The notes beneath the pieces are model-generated. The model did not search any database. It was not told the origin of the DNA and worked only from the letters and a program-made list of their open reading frames with translations. A program made the translations under genes and the position numbers. Below are positions 1 through 11,804 of a DNA stretch of 64,000 nucleotides, in pieces (the first letter of the stretch is position 1; the number at the start of each line of letters is the position of its first letter). Source of the DNA: Mobula hypostoma (taxonomy: Eukaryota); NCBI RefSeq assembly GCF_963921235.1, contig NC_086097.1, forward strand, positions 59,398,001-59,462,000, in the 5' to 3' direction.

Positions 1-651
1 TCAATGGATCAGGGGTAGAGAGGGTGAACAGCTTTTAGTTCCTCGACATAAGCATCACTGAGGATCTCACATACTGGTTGTGTGGTGAAAAAGGCACAAC
101 AGGCCCTCTTTCACTTCAGACGGTTGAAGGAATTTGGTATGGCCCCCAGATTCAAAGAACTTTCTATAGGGGCACAATTGAGAGCACTCTGACTGGCTGC
201 ATCACTGCCTGGTATGTGAACTGTACTTCCCACCATCGCAGGCCTCTACAGAGAGTTGTGTGGTCAACTCAGCGCCTCTGTAGATGTGAACTTCCCACTA
301 TTCAGGACATTTACAGAGACAGGTGTGTAAAAAAGGCCTGAAGGATCACTGGAGATCTGAGTCACCCCAACCACAAGCTGTTCCAGCTGCTACCATCTGG
401 GAAACGGTACCGCAGCATAAAAACCAGGACGAACAGGTTCCGGGACAGCTTCTTTCACCAGGCCATCAGACTGCTTAATTCATGCTGACACAGCTGTATT
501 TATATGTTATATTGACTGTACTGTTGTACATACTATTTATTATAAATTACTATAATAGCACATTGCACATTTAGATGGTCAAGTAACGTAAAGATTTTTT
601 ACTCACGTATATGAAGGATGTAAGAAATAGAGTCAATTCAATTCAATTCAA
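1..651 (+). mobile_element. Rex1/Babar-type LINE, 3' end of ORF2 plus 3' UTR
   Basis: ORF 78-341 FYRGTIESTLTGCITAWY..C...RRPLQRVV is typical of the Rex1/Babar C-terminus; ends in an (ATTCA)n tail at ~633-651. Confidence 0.85.
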
Positions 652-1391
652 TACCATAACAGCAAATGCTACTAAGATTCTTTAATTTCTTACATATACA
701 ACAAGTGTTTCACAGATGGAATAAAGTCAAAGATGCACACTTAAACTGCTCTGAAGAATGAGATACTTGTGGCTTGTGGACTGCCTGTCAAATGCCTTAA
801 AACCCTAGCAACCATTCTGAAAATGCAGACGGAATGGAATTGCTTTCTAAATCTTAGAATTTCCTTGAGATGGTCAACTCCAGCTCCAGGATCCCACTAA
901 AGCAGTTGCAAGATTCATAGTCTGCTCAAAACAGAACTGAGGAAAGTGTGTGCATGACCAAGCAACCTATTAAATATCTCCTCCTGGAGAGTGTTGGACA
1001 ACTATATAACAGAAGTGGAATATTTCTACCCATAGCTTATACTTTTAATGTAATGGCTCCAAGATATGTTTAGTCTTCCACCTTTCTTCACAGTTTCACA
1101 GAAGGTTGCATGGACTATTGTGGAACCACGCCTCTGTGGACTGAAATTGCGCTGTCTTCTCTCTGGATAACAGCATCAATGATTTTCTCCCAGCCACTCA
1201 AACAGTATCCTTCCACAGTCACCATGTGTGAAAAGTGCAGACCAATGTTGTTTCGTCCTGGCTTAGGGTTGCATGAGGTCACCCTTAAAAGAGATATCTG
1301 CAGTCTGTCAGCTTGCATATCAGATGCCCTACTGAGTCTATGCAATTACTGCATAGGAGCACTACCCCAGCCAAAGTTAACTGGAATCTAG

Positions 1392-1597
1392 GCAACACAC
1401 ATAAAAGTTGCTGTTGAACGCAACAGGCCAGGCAGCATCTCTAGGAAGAGGTACAGTCGAGGTTTCGGGCCGAGACCCTTCGTCAGGACTAACTGAAAGA
1501 AGAGCTAGTAAGAGATTTGAAATAACAGATGGGGTACGAGGGGGAGGTTGAATACCTACGCTCTGTCCACCAGAGAAAGCAGGATCTCCCAGTGGCC
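1392..1597. mobile_element. Penelope-like element footprint: minus-strand pLTR piece plus plus-strand GIY-YIG C-terminal fragment
   Basis: 1392-1520 is nearly identical to the repeats at 42217, 47782 and 55465; 1547-1597 reads VEYLRSVHQRKQDLPVA, resembling the EHLRSV...DLPVA motif after the GIY-YIG core of PLEs. Confidence 0.75.
1454..1491 (-). ncRNA. Minimal hammerhead ribozyme motif (degenerate copy)
   Basis: Minus strand tagtc-CTGACGA-agggtctcggccc-GAAA-ccTC-gactg; the stem III palindrome ACGT is mutated to ACCT. Confidence 0.6.
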
Positions 1598-1657
1598 TGC
1601 ATGCCTCTGGTCAGTGAACATATAATTATAACTGAATGTTGAATTGTTGCAGACTTA

Positions 1658-3226
1658 TGTACTGCCCTGGTTAAGAATTCTACCGCTATGCTGTGAGGCC
1701 TTTTATTTTAGCTGTTTTCTGTAAAAGCAGCGTGTCCTGCTGATCAGGAGTCAGAGCTTCAGAAGATGATGGTGCCTAATTGTGACTCCTTTGCTTACAT
1801 CTTCAGAAACAGCTCTATTTCAATCTTTAATATCTCTTTTCTTCTCTTTCAAGGTTCTTTTGAAGACCCTGACCTGGAGTTACATGCTGACTTCAGTTCT
1901 TTGCGGAAATGGGACCCGCACTCAGGGCCTCACGACCGGCTGCTTTTTGATATGCCAAGGATGTGGCCTGGAAGACAAGCATGCCTTCAGGGTCCTGGAT
2001 TTTCATGGATATGGAGGTGGGTGGATTTAGGGCTGGTGTCACTACCTGATGCATCGTTACAGACGGAAGATCATAAGCAGCGAGCTGGCAGCTGGCTGTG
2101 TGCCCAGAGACCTGAGCTCTTTGGGCACAGAGCTCGGAAAAAGCAACGCAACAGACTTCAACACCATAAATCAGTGAGTTGCTCTGTTATGTCTCCCCCC
2201 TCACTGTGAAATGGGGACACTCCTTTTTCCCTTATTAGGGAGAGAGAGATCCTGTGGTATGTTGAATTAACAGGTGAATGAGTAGTCTTTGAGATACTGT
2301 AGTCTGTGTCTTTATTGATGCTTTGCTGCAGACTTGAGAGATTGGTGGGGGGGGCACCAATGCTCTTTTGCTGGTGGGGTAGGGGGGAGTTGGGGGGAGC
2401 CTTGGGGTTATAACTGTCATTCATTATTTGGGGCACACCTCTGTTTCTTTAGATGTTTGCAAAGAAAAAAATTTCAGGATGTTTATTGTATATATTTCTC
2501 TGACATTAAATGTACCTATTGAAACCTATTTAAGGAGTGCTTTGGGTTTGGCTAAAGATAAGGAGCCATGTTATCCAAATTAGGAATGTTGTGTCAGTCA
2601 ATCAGGATTGTGGGATACATGAAAAAGTTCTAGAGATAAGAATTCTGAAGGACAGAGTCTGGTTTGGGGGCTTTTGGCGGGACATAAGGGGAGAAGAGCA
2701 CCTAGGAAGACGCCTGAAGGACTTGCTCCGAAGGGGAGATACTTTTGCCAGGAGTCCTTTGTGAGACGGAGGATTCCTAGAAGGGAAGTTCTACCTGTGG
2801 GTGCTGATGAGAATTCAGCGCTATGAATAAAGCAATACACCCAGCTACTATAGAAATGAGCTCCAATGTTTATGTGCACGTTTAGACTAGTTTTACTGTA
2901 GTGGACCCTTTTGCTGTATCTTTCTTTTTCTTTCTCTGTTAACTGTTTGATACAGTTGAAAATTAGTAAATATCCTGTACTTTCCTTATAACTTTATGCT
3001 GGAGTACAATCTGTTATTTTTGGAAACATAATTGTGTACGGCCAGTATTTACTCAGCTTTCCCTCAAATTGAGGTTCCTTTAATCGGAACATTCCCATGT
3101 TCCTGTTTGGTTCAACCCCAAATCACACCATCCCTAGGTGTATATTGCTATGACAGGTGACCTTCTCACTGCTGAGTCACGTGGCTGTTGGCAAAGTTAG
3201 CTAATGAGCCCCAGTGAGAGGGTACA
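1658..3226. mobile_element. Probable solo LTR interrupted by a nested insertion
   Basis: TGTAC...GTACA termini, flanks ctta/cata (imperfect 4-bp TSD), no ORF; nested element at ~1752-2530 is flanked by aggagt on both sides. Confidence 0.45.
1752..2530 (+). mobile_element. Non-autonomous LINE-tail-type element nested in the solo LTR
   Basis: 3' end tgtatatatttctctgacattaaatgtacctattgaaacctatt resembles the other LINE tails in the window; flanked by aggagt direct repeats. Confidence 0.5.
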
Positions 3227-3297
3227 CATATTTTGACATTGTGGTCAAGTGGTAATGATATAATCAGCAAAAGAAGAAATATATTTAAAATTTTGTA

Positions 3298-4020
3298 ATA
3301 AGACCCTAAGACATAGAAGCAGGACCAGGCCATTCAGCCCATTGAGTCTGTTCTGCCATTCTATGACAGTTGATCCCGGAGCCCACTCAACCACATACAT
3401 CTGCCATATCATTTGATACCTTAACTGATCAGGAAACAATCTACTTCCACCTTAAATATACCCACAGACTTGGCCTCCTCGGCAGTCTGCGGCAGAACAT
3501 TCCACAGATTTACTACTCTTTAGCTAAAATAATTCCTCCTTACCTCTGTTCTAAAAGGTCACCCCTCAATTTTGAGGCTGTGCCCTCTAGTTCTGGATAA
3601 ACCCTCCGTAAGAAACATCCTCTCCACATCCACCCTGTCTAGTCCCTTCAACATTCAGTAGGTTTCAGTGAGATCTCCTCACACTCTTCTAAATTCCAGT
3701 GAATACAGGTCCAAAGCTGCAAACAACTCTCACATGTTAACCCTTTCATTCTGGGAATCATCCTTGTGACCCTCCTCTGGACTCTCTCCAATGACAACAC
3801 ATCCTTTCTGAAATATTAAGCCCAAGACTGACGACAATACTCTAAGTGTGGCCTGACTAGTGTCTTGTAAAGGTGCAGCATTATCTCCTTGCTTTTATAT
3901 TCTATTCCCCTTGAAATAAATGACAACCTTGCATTTGCTCTTTAGCACAGGCTCAACCTGTAAATTAACCTTCTGGGAGTCTTGCATGAGGGCTACTAAG
4001 TCCCTTTGCACCTCTGATGT
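3298..4020 (-). mobile_element. CR1 LINE 3' fragment
   Basis: Typical CR1 tail (ataagaccctaagacatagaagcaggaccaggccattcagccc on +) followed by decayed RT C-terminal sequence. Confidence 0.8.
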
Positions 4021-5444
4021 TTGAAATAGTATCCGTTTCTATGTCCATCCCTGGCAAGTCATTCTAGATATTCACAACCGTGTGTATAAAACTTTACCTA
4101 AAATCTCTTTTGAGTAGTGTAACTTACATCTGACATCCTTCTGTTCATCTTTCCTATTGGACCATATCTTAGATGAGCTTCTTCCCTATCCATATCCCAC
4201 AAATGTTCATTTTGTCTACAAATGTACTAATCATACCCTCTATATTTTCAGCCACACTTATTATATGTAGGCCCCAGTAGTGAATCCTGCATTATGCCAC
4301 AGATCTCCAGTCAGAAAAACACCAATCAACCACTACACTCAGCCTTACTAAAATCCACGAGGACAACATTTACCACTCTACCTTCAACTCCATGTTGCAA
4401 AATGATAGAATTGTGATTATCCTCTGGGTACCCAGTAATTACCATAGTGAGGGACCATCACAAGGACTAGCTTGACAGTCAATGAGAGAAATCCCAATTG
4501 TTACTCTTCCATGGCAGCCTCACACCAATGGATATAAGCAGTTGTTCCATGCAATGTCATGCACGCTCACTGCCTGTTGTTCCCTTCAAAGAGATCGGCT
4601 GATAATTCAGCACTTCTGGTGAAAAGAGTCTCAGTTAACCTTTCTATTGCACTGGTGACTTGCCAAATGTGAAATATTGCTATCTCCCCCTATATCAGTG
4701 GAGGCAGGAACATTCACTACTGCTGAAACTGTGGTTCTGGGCCTGCTCTGCAAGTGCAGTATTACCTGTAACGTATGAAATAGTTCTCTCAACAGCTTTC
4801 TGGAAGAGTGTAATTTCCTTAAGCATTAAGCAAAAATCACGAGAAATCCTTTGTGGGAAAAGCCCTTTTCAGCCTCCGTACTCTGTCGGCCATGCTCCGT
4901 GACCCTCTCCTCATTTGCTTCTCAGCACCAAGCTCAAGCCACCACAGCTAGTAGCAATAATATGTGATTGACCTATAAAGGTCAAGTCCAAAACAAGCTC
5001 CTGCCATGCTACTTCCTGTGAGCTACAAAAATTGAGCAAAGGCCAAGCAGTTCTTCTCTCAACCCAAATCTACTATAATCACTCACCAACAAACCTGTAA
5101 TAACTGAATGTTTCCTTGAAGTAGAGAGGGTGCCATTAACTATAGGGTTCTTTGTAAGCTGAACCTTTATTGCTAGCTGCATCATCATTCAGCATTTCTC
5201 ACTGATATATCTCGCCTGCTACTTCCATCATATAATTGCTCCATCATCCCTAACAATAATGAAGTCAATGCCTTTTCCAATTTCGCAGTAGCATACAGTA
5301 ACACCCAAACAATGCTTGTTACAGATCCTGATTTGGTAGACGATATGTACAAAGTCTAGAGAGGGTAGGAAAGTTACTTGACTTCATTTTTATTTCCATT
5401 TTGAATGATTTGCTTCGGAGGCAGTCAGGGAACACAAAAATTAG

Positions 5445-5635
5445 AATTATGGTAAGGTCAGACTGGGTAAGGATTGCAAATTCCCTTCTCAGAAGGGTGT
5501 TAATGAGCCAGCTGGATTTGTTTGACTGTCTAGCAGCTTTCATTAGCAGATTTAAAATATTCAGATGTATGTTTTGCCAAGCTGAAATTTGAAGTCTTAG
5601 TAAGAGTTTAAAAGACTGATATTATGACACCAACA
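5445..5635 (-). mobile_element. Old tRNA-derived SINE fragment
   Basis: gggtaaggattgcaaattcccttc...tttgaa pattern shared with the copy at ~35760-35990. Confidence 0.45.
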
Positions 5636-6139
5636 CTGCTATAAACGATGCATTTCTTCAACCGAGATTTCTAATCCAAGCTGAACTTTAGCACCTCCAG
5701 CAACACAAAACACTTAATTAAATCTATATGGATAACTGATAAATATTTCTGCCTATCAGAGAAACTTAAAAATATTAGGACAAGTTTGACAACCAGCAAG
5801 TTGGGGCACTTGGGGAAAGGCCTCAGGTTATGATGACTGAGGCTTATGTGCTACTCAATGCTCACTCTGTCCAACAAAATATCTATCAGGAATGGAATCT
5901 CAGTTCATTCATTCCTCTGCCTTTGGAGAAACACAAGTGTGAAAGGCAGGAATCATGGTGAGTGGTTCTGGTCAATACTCTGAGCGCAGAACACCTCAAT
6001 CCAATGTAGAGGTACAGTGCAACCTGTAGGTGCTTAACTAAACCCCACAAGACATCAATGGAGCTCCCAGTTCTTCAGCTAATAGTCTAGAGACTTTGAC
6101 AACAATCTAGACATGAATATGCAAGTTAGATGTAAGAGA

Positions 6140-6870
6140 CAGGCACTCAAACCTTTAAGCTTGTTCCGCCATTATACAAGATCCGGGCTGATCTGCTTGT
6201 AACCTCATTTCTTCATTCCCATCCATCCACAGTAACCTTTCACCTATTTGCTTACAAAGAATCTATCTGTTCTACCTTAAAAATATGCAAAGTATCTACC
6301 CAAAGCTTCATGGCCCTCTTATCTATCTTAAATGGGTGACCCCTTATTTTTAAACTGTATCCCTAACTTCCAGAACATTTTATAAACAGAAACATTCTCT
6401 CCATATCCACCTTGCAATCAGCATGTTATAGATTTTAATATACTCTCCTCCTGAAAACCAGCCATTCCAGGTATTGATCTTACAAACCTTCTCTAAATTG
6501 GTTCTAACATTTTTAACATCTTTCTTGTTATAAGGAGATCAGTACTGTGTATGATACTCTAAATATGGTCTCTTGAGTGCCCTGTGTAGCAGAAACAAAA
6601 TTTTGTATTCAGATTCTTTGTCTATAAACAATATCATTCTGTTAGTCCTCCTAATTGCTTACTGTGGCTGCATAATGATCTTTGTGTATCCTGCAATATG
6701 TCACACATCCCAGAGCTCTGCAATCTTTTCTCATCTAGATAACACAATTCTTTTTTTCAGTTAAATGGGCAAATTCTCATTTTCTCACATTTCTGTTGCA
6801 GATGTTTGCCTTCCAGTTAACCTCTCTATGTCCATTTGTCAATCCTTGAATTATCTTGACAACTCATCTG
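6140..6870 (-). mobile_element. CR1 LINE 3' fragment, decayed
   Basis: Co-linear similarity with 3298-4020 and 57812-58340. Confidence 0.7.
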
Positions 6871-7515
6871 CAGGAGCAATCTGTTACATCAAAAAAAGCA
6901 TATGTTTGCTTATCCTATGAATCAAAATAAAATTCTGATATATGAATAATTGGACTGTTCCTCGTTTAAAAGTTCTTTATTACTATACTGAAATATACAA
7001 TAACACGGATCCATGGATACGAGTGGTATTGAGGACAGTGGTCTGGGTGCAAGTAGATGAGGTTAATTAGAATACCGGACCAATCCATACTAGATGGGCT
7101 GAAGGGCTTACTTCTGGGCTGTGTGCTCTAGGACTCCATGACTCTAACCTGGGCAGTAGCTTAAATGCAGTATCTTCAGACCCAATTGAGGTTGTATTAA
7201 AGGAGAGATTTGCGTGCGTTCGGGCATTCCAGGGGCCCAATCAGTTGAGTTAGCAGACACAGCAAATTAAATAAAAGTACAGAAGGCATAAGTGGGGTGG
7301 GCATTGCCGTGGCGACCATTGTTGGGAGTAGGCTAGCGGTGTGAGTAGGAGCATCAGGATTTGACTCAAAAAGCTTTGATGAAAAGAGGCTGAGGCTAAA
7401 GAAATGGGTTAGAAGGATGAGTTTTTTTCTTTCATTATTGCTGATTTGGTCTTGGTTGCCCATTGTATAGTGCAGGGAGGATTACAGATATGGCAGTGGT
7501 ATACTCCTGTAAGAT

Positions 7516-8156
7516 GTGGGAATTTATGGAAACTATGGCCATTCCATTCCCCTCAGCAACAGGTATACCCCTTTGGATACTGCTGAGGGGGTTGACCTAA
7601 CTGGGCAAGGCGGCAGCAGCCAGATCAATAGCACTGTGGTCAGCTCTGAGCCTCAGAAGGGTAGGGTGAAGTCAGGTGGAGCAATAGTCATAGGGGACTC
7701 AATAGTAGGGGGACAGATAGGAGATTCTGCAGAAGCAAAGGAGACGCCAGGGTAGTGCGTTGTCTCCCAGATGCTAAGGCCCAGGATGTCTGTGAGCAGT
7801 TGCAGAATATCCCTGCAGGGGAGGGTGAGCAGCTGGAGGTTGTGGTACATGCTGGTACCAATGACATAGGCAGGAGAGGGGTAGAGGTCTTGCACAGTAA
7901 GTTTAGGGAGTTAGGAAGGAGGTTGAAGAGCAGGACCTCCAAGGTGGTAATCTCTGGATTACTCCCGGTGCCACGAACTAGCAAAGGTTGGAACAGAAAG
8001 ATAGTGCAAATGAATGAGTGGCTGAGGAGATGGTGCAGGGGGCAGGGTTTCAAGTTCTTGAATCATTGGAACTTTTTCTGGGGCAGGGATGACCTGTACA
8101 AGTGGCAACCAATATCCTGGGAGGGAGGTTTGCTGATGCTGTTGGGGAGGGTTTAA
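7516..8156 (+). pseudogene. CR1 ORF1, SGNH/GDSL esterase domain (frameshifted)
   Basis: IPLSNRY..L, AIVIGDSIV, CLPDAK, VVVHAGTNDIG and VVISGLLPVP motifs spread over ORFs 7516-7755 and 7755-8156. Confidence 0.85.
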
Positions 8157-8289
8157 ACTAGATTTGCAGGATGGTTGGAACCGAAGTGAAGAGGCAGAGG
8201 ATGGGGTGGTTGGCACACAAGTAGAGACAGATTGTAAGGATTTTGTATGGAAGATAAACATATTATTGAGCAAAGATGCATGCAGCCAG

Positions 8290-10900
8290 ATGGTTTGAGA
8301 TGTGTCTATTTTGGTGCAAGAAGTATTATAAACAAGGCAAATGAGCTTAAGAGCGTGGATCAATACGTGGAACTGTGACGTTGTGGTCATTCAGAGACTT
8401 GGATATCTCAGGAGCAGGAATGGCTGCTGAGTGTGCTGGGCTTTAGATATTTCAAAAAGGACAGGGAGGGAGGCAAAAGAGGTGGAGGATGGCATTGCTA
8501 ATCAGGGATAGTATCACGGCTACAGAAAAGGTAGAAATCATAGAGGGTTTGTCTAAAGAGTTATTGAGGATGGAAGTCAGAAACAGGAAGGGGGCAATAA
8601 CCCTACTGCATGCTTTTTATTGACCCCCCCCCCCAATAGTAACAGAGACATCGAGGAGCAGATAGGGAGGCAGATTCTGGAATGGTGCAATCATAATAGG
8701 ATTGTTGTGATGGATAATTTTGACTTTCCTAATATTGACTGGCCTCTCCTTAGAGCAGAGGGTTTAGATGGGATGGAGTTTGTTATGTATGTTCAGGAAG
8801 GTTTCCTGAAGCAATATGTAGATAAGCCAACTAGAGGAGAGGCTGTGCTTGATCTGGTATTAGGAAATGAACCTGGTCAGGCGTCAGATCTCTTGGTGGG
8901 AAGGCATTTTGGAAGGTAGTGATTCTAACTCTAAATCCTTTACCATAATGCTGGAGAGGAATAGGAGCAGACAATTTGGGAAAACACTTAATCGAAATAG
9001 GGGAAGATATGATGCTATTAGGCAGGAACTTGGGAACATAAATTGGGGACAGATGTTCTCAGGGAAATGCAGAGACGAAGTGTGGCAAGGGTTCGAATGA
9101 GGCAGGGAAAGGATGGTAGGGTGTAAGAACCATGGTGTACAAAGGATGGAGAAAATCTAGTTAAGAGGGAAAAAAAAGCTTCCAGAAATTTCAAGAAACT
9201 AGGTACTGTTAGAACTCTACAAAATTACAAGAGCGCCAGGAAGGAGCTCAAGAATGAAATTAGGAAAGCTAGAAGGGGCCATGAGAAGGCCTTGCTGAGC
9301 AGGATTAAGGAAAACCACAAGGTATTCTACAAGTATGCGAAGAGCAAGAGGATGAGCTGTGTGAGAATAGGACCATTCAGGTGCTATAGTGGAAATGTGT
9401 GCATGGAGTCGGAGAAGGTAGCAGAGGTACTTAATTAATACTTCACTTTGGTATTCCCCAGTGAAAAGGACCTTGGTAACTGTGGGGATGACTTACAGTA
9501 GACTGATATGCTTGAGCATATAAACATTAAGAAAGAGGATATGTTGGAGATTTGAAAGGTAAAAAGTTAAATAAATTGCTGGGACCGGACAAGAAATACC
9601 CCAGGCTACTATGGGAGGTGAGGATGGAGATTGCTGAGCCTCAGGCAATGAACTTTGCATCATCAATAGGGATGGGAGATGTACCAGAGGACTGGAAGGT
9701 TGAAAATGTTGTTTCCTTGCTCAAGAAAGAGTATAGATGATCAAGGAAATTATAGACAAGTGAGTCTTACTTCAGTCATGGGTAAGTTGTTGGAGAAGAG
9801 CGTGAAGGGTAGGATTTATGAGCATTTGGAGAGACATAATCTGATTAGGGATAGTCAGCCTGGGTTTATCAAGGGCAGGTCATGCCTTACAAGCCTGATT
9901 GCATTCCTTGAGGAGGTATCAAAACATATTGATGAAGGTAGAAAAGTGGATGTAGTGTATATGGATTTCAGTAAGGCATTTGATAAGGTTCTCCATGCAA
10001 GGCTCATTCAGAAAGTAAGGAGGCATGACTTTCAAGGGGACCTTGCTTTATGGATCCAGAATTGGCTTGACCGCAGAAGGCAAAGGAAAGTTGAAGGGTG
10101 GTTTAGTAAGTTTACTGATGACACAAAAGTTGGGGGTGTTGTGGATAGTCTGGAGGGTTATCAAAAGTTACAACAGGACAATGAAAGCTAGTAGAGCTGG
10201 GCTGGGAAGTGGCAGATGAAGTTCAACGCAGGTAAGTGTGAAGTGGTTCATTTCGGTATTTGAAGACAGCATATAATACTAATGGTAAGACTCTTGGTAG
10301 TGCGGAGGATCAGTGAGATCTTGAGGTCCATGTCCATAGGACACTCAAAGCTGCTGTGCAAGTTGACAGTGTTGTTAAGAAGGTGTATGGTGTATTGGCC
10401 TTCATCAACCATGGGATTGAGTTCAAGAGCCGTGAGGTAATATTACAGCTATATAAGACCTTAGTTAGACCCCACTTGGAGTACTGTGTTTATCTCTGGT
10501 CATCTCACAAAAGGAAGGATGTGGAAACCATAGAAAGGGTGCAGAGAAGATTTACAAGGATATTGCCTGGATTGGAGAGCATGCCTTATGAGAATAGGTT
10601 TAGTGAACTTGACCTTTTCTCCTTAGAGTGACGGAGGATGAGAGGTGACCTGATAGAGTTGTATAAGATAATGAGAGGCATTGATTGTGTGGATAGAAAG
10701 AGGCTTTTTCCCAGGGCTGAAATGACTAACATGAGGGGGTATAGTTTTAAGGTGCTTGGAAGCAGGTACAAGGGGGATCAAGGGGGATGTCAGGGGTAGG
10801 TTTTCACACAGTGAGTGGTGGGTGCGTGGAATGCACTGCCAGTGATAGTGGTAGAGGTGGATACAATGGGTCCTTTAATTGACTCTTAGATAGGTACATG
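8290..10900 (+). pseudogene. CR1 ORF2, endonuclease/reverse transcriptase (many stops and frameshifts)
   Basis: ORF fragments 8620-8919, 9552-9740, 9679-10191 and 10356-10631 carry APE and RT motifs. Confidence 0.9.
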
Positions 10901-11084
10901 GAGCTTAGAAAAATCGAAGGCTATGCAGTAAGGAAATTCTAGACAGTTTCTAGAGAAGGTTACATGGTTGGCACAGCATTGTGGGCTAAAGGGCCTGTAA
11001 TGTGCTGTGGATTTCTATGTTCTCTGCTCTATGGAATCAAGTCTAAAACAGTATGCAAGGATGACTGATCTCTCTCATTGCTAT

Positions 11085-11250
11085 GGGAACTCAGTGATTA
11101 GATGTTCTGCTTCAAGTTCCAGAGATCTGGGTTTTGATCATGATCTTGGCTGCATTTTGCTGTTTTCATGTTCCCTCTGTGACCTTGTACCTTTCTTCTA
11201 GATTCTTTGGTTTCCTCTTATTGCTATAAGCATGATGATTGGTAGACTAT
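11085..11250 (+). mobile_element. V-SINE (HE1-like), degenerate
   Basis: tRNA-like head (ctcagtgattag...gggttttgatc) followed by a V-domain-like catgttccct...ggtttcctc. Confidence 0.55.
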
Positions 11251-11800
11251 ATAACATAGAACAGATAGCGCAGTTCAGGCCCTTTGGCCCTGATGTTGTA
11301 ACATCCTTGTAACCTACTCCACAATCTATCTAAACCTTCCTTCCCACACAGCCCATAAAATTCCCTTTTTCTTTCATCTAGGTGCCAAGTAAGAGTTTTT
11401 TAAATGTTCCTGATATATCAATCTCTAAAACCTCCCCCAGCATTGCGCTTCAGGTGCCTACTAATCTCTGTGTTAAAACCATACTCTGACATCTCCCTTA
11501 AATTTTCCTCCACTCACCTTAAAAGTACTTTGCCTGATATTACTCATAGCTATCCTGTCAAAAAGAGTCTGGCTTTCCACTCTACCTATGCCTCTTATAA
11601 TCTTATACTCTTCTATCAAGTCATTTCTCATCCTCCTTCACTGCAAGAAGAAAAGCCCTAGCTCACTCAACCTTTCCTCATAAGACATTATTCTCTAATC
11701 CAGACAGCGTCCTGGAAAATTTCCTCTGTACCCTCTCTAAAGCTTCCACATCCTTTCTATAATACGGCAACCAGAACGGAAGGTGATACTCCAAGTTTAT
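11250..11800 (-). mobile_element. CR1 LINE 3' fragment
   Basis: aacatagaacag...caggccctttggccc tail and decayed C-terminal ORF2. Confidence 0.75.
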
Positions 11801-11804
11801 AGGG

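Larger units (their letters stand above)
7200..11030 (+). mobile_element. Near full-length CR1 LINE (decayed)
   Basis: ORF1 esterase motifs, then APE endonuclease (DFPNIDW, TRGEAVLDLVL), RT (GNYRQVSLTS, GRSCLTSL, VDVVYMDFSKAFDKV, SKFTDDTK), C-terminal LVRPHLEYCV and a CR1 tail at ~10980-11030. Confidence 0.92.

Noticed and set aside
1110..1391. ORFs on both strands as possible host exons
   Set aside because: No recognisable protein motif or convincing splice context
7516..8156. Esterase as a captured or novel gene
   Set aside because: An SGNH esterase in ORF1 is an established feature of CR1-clade LINEs
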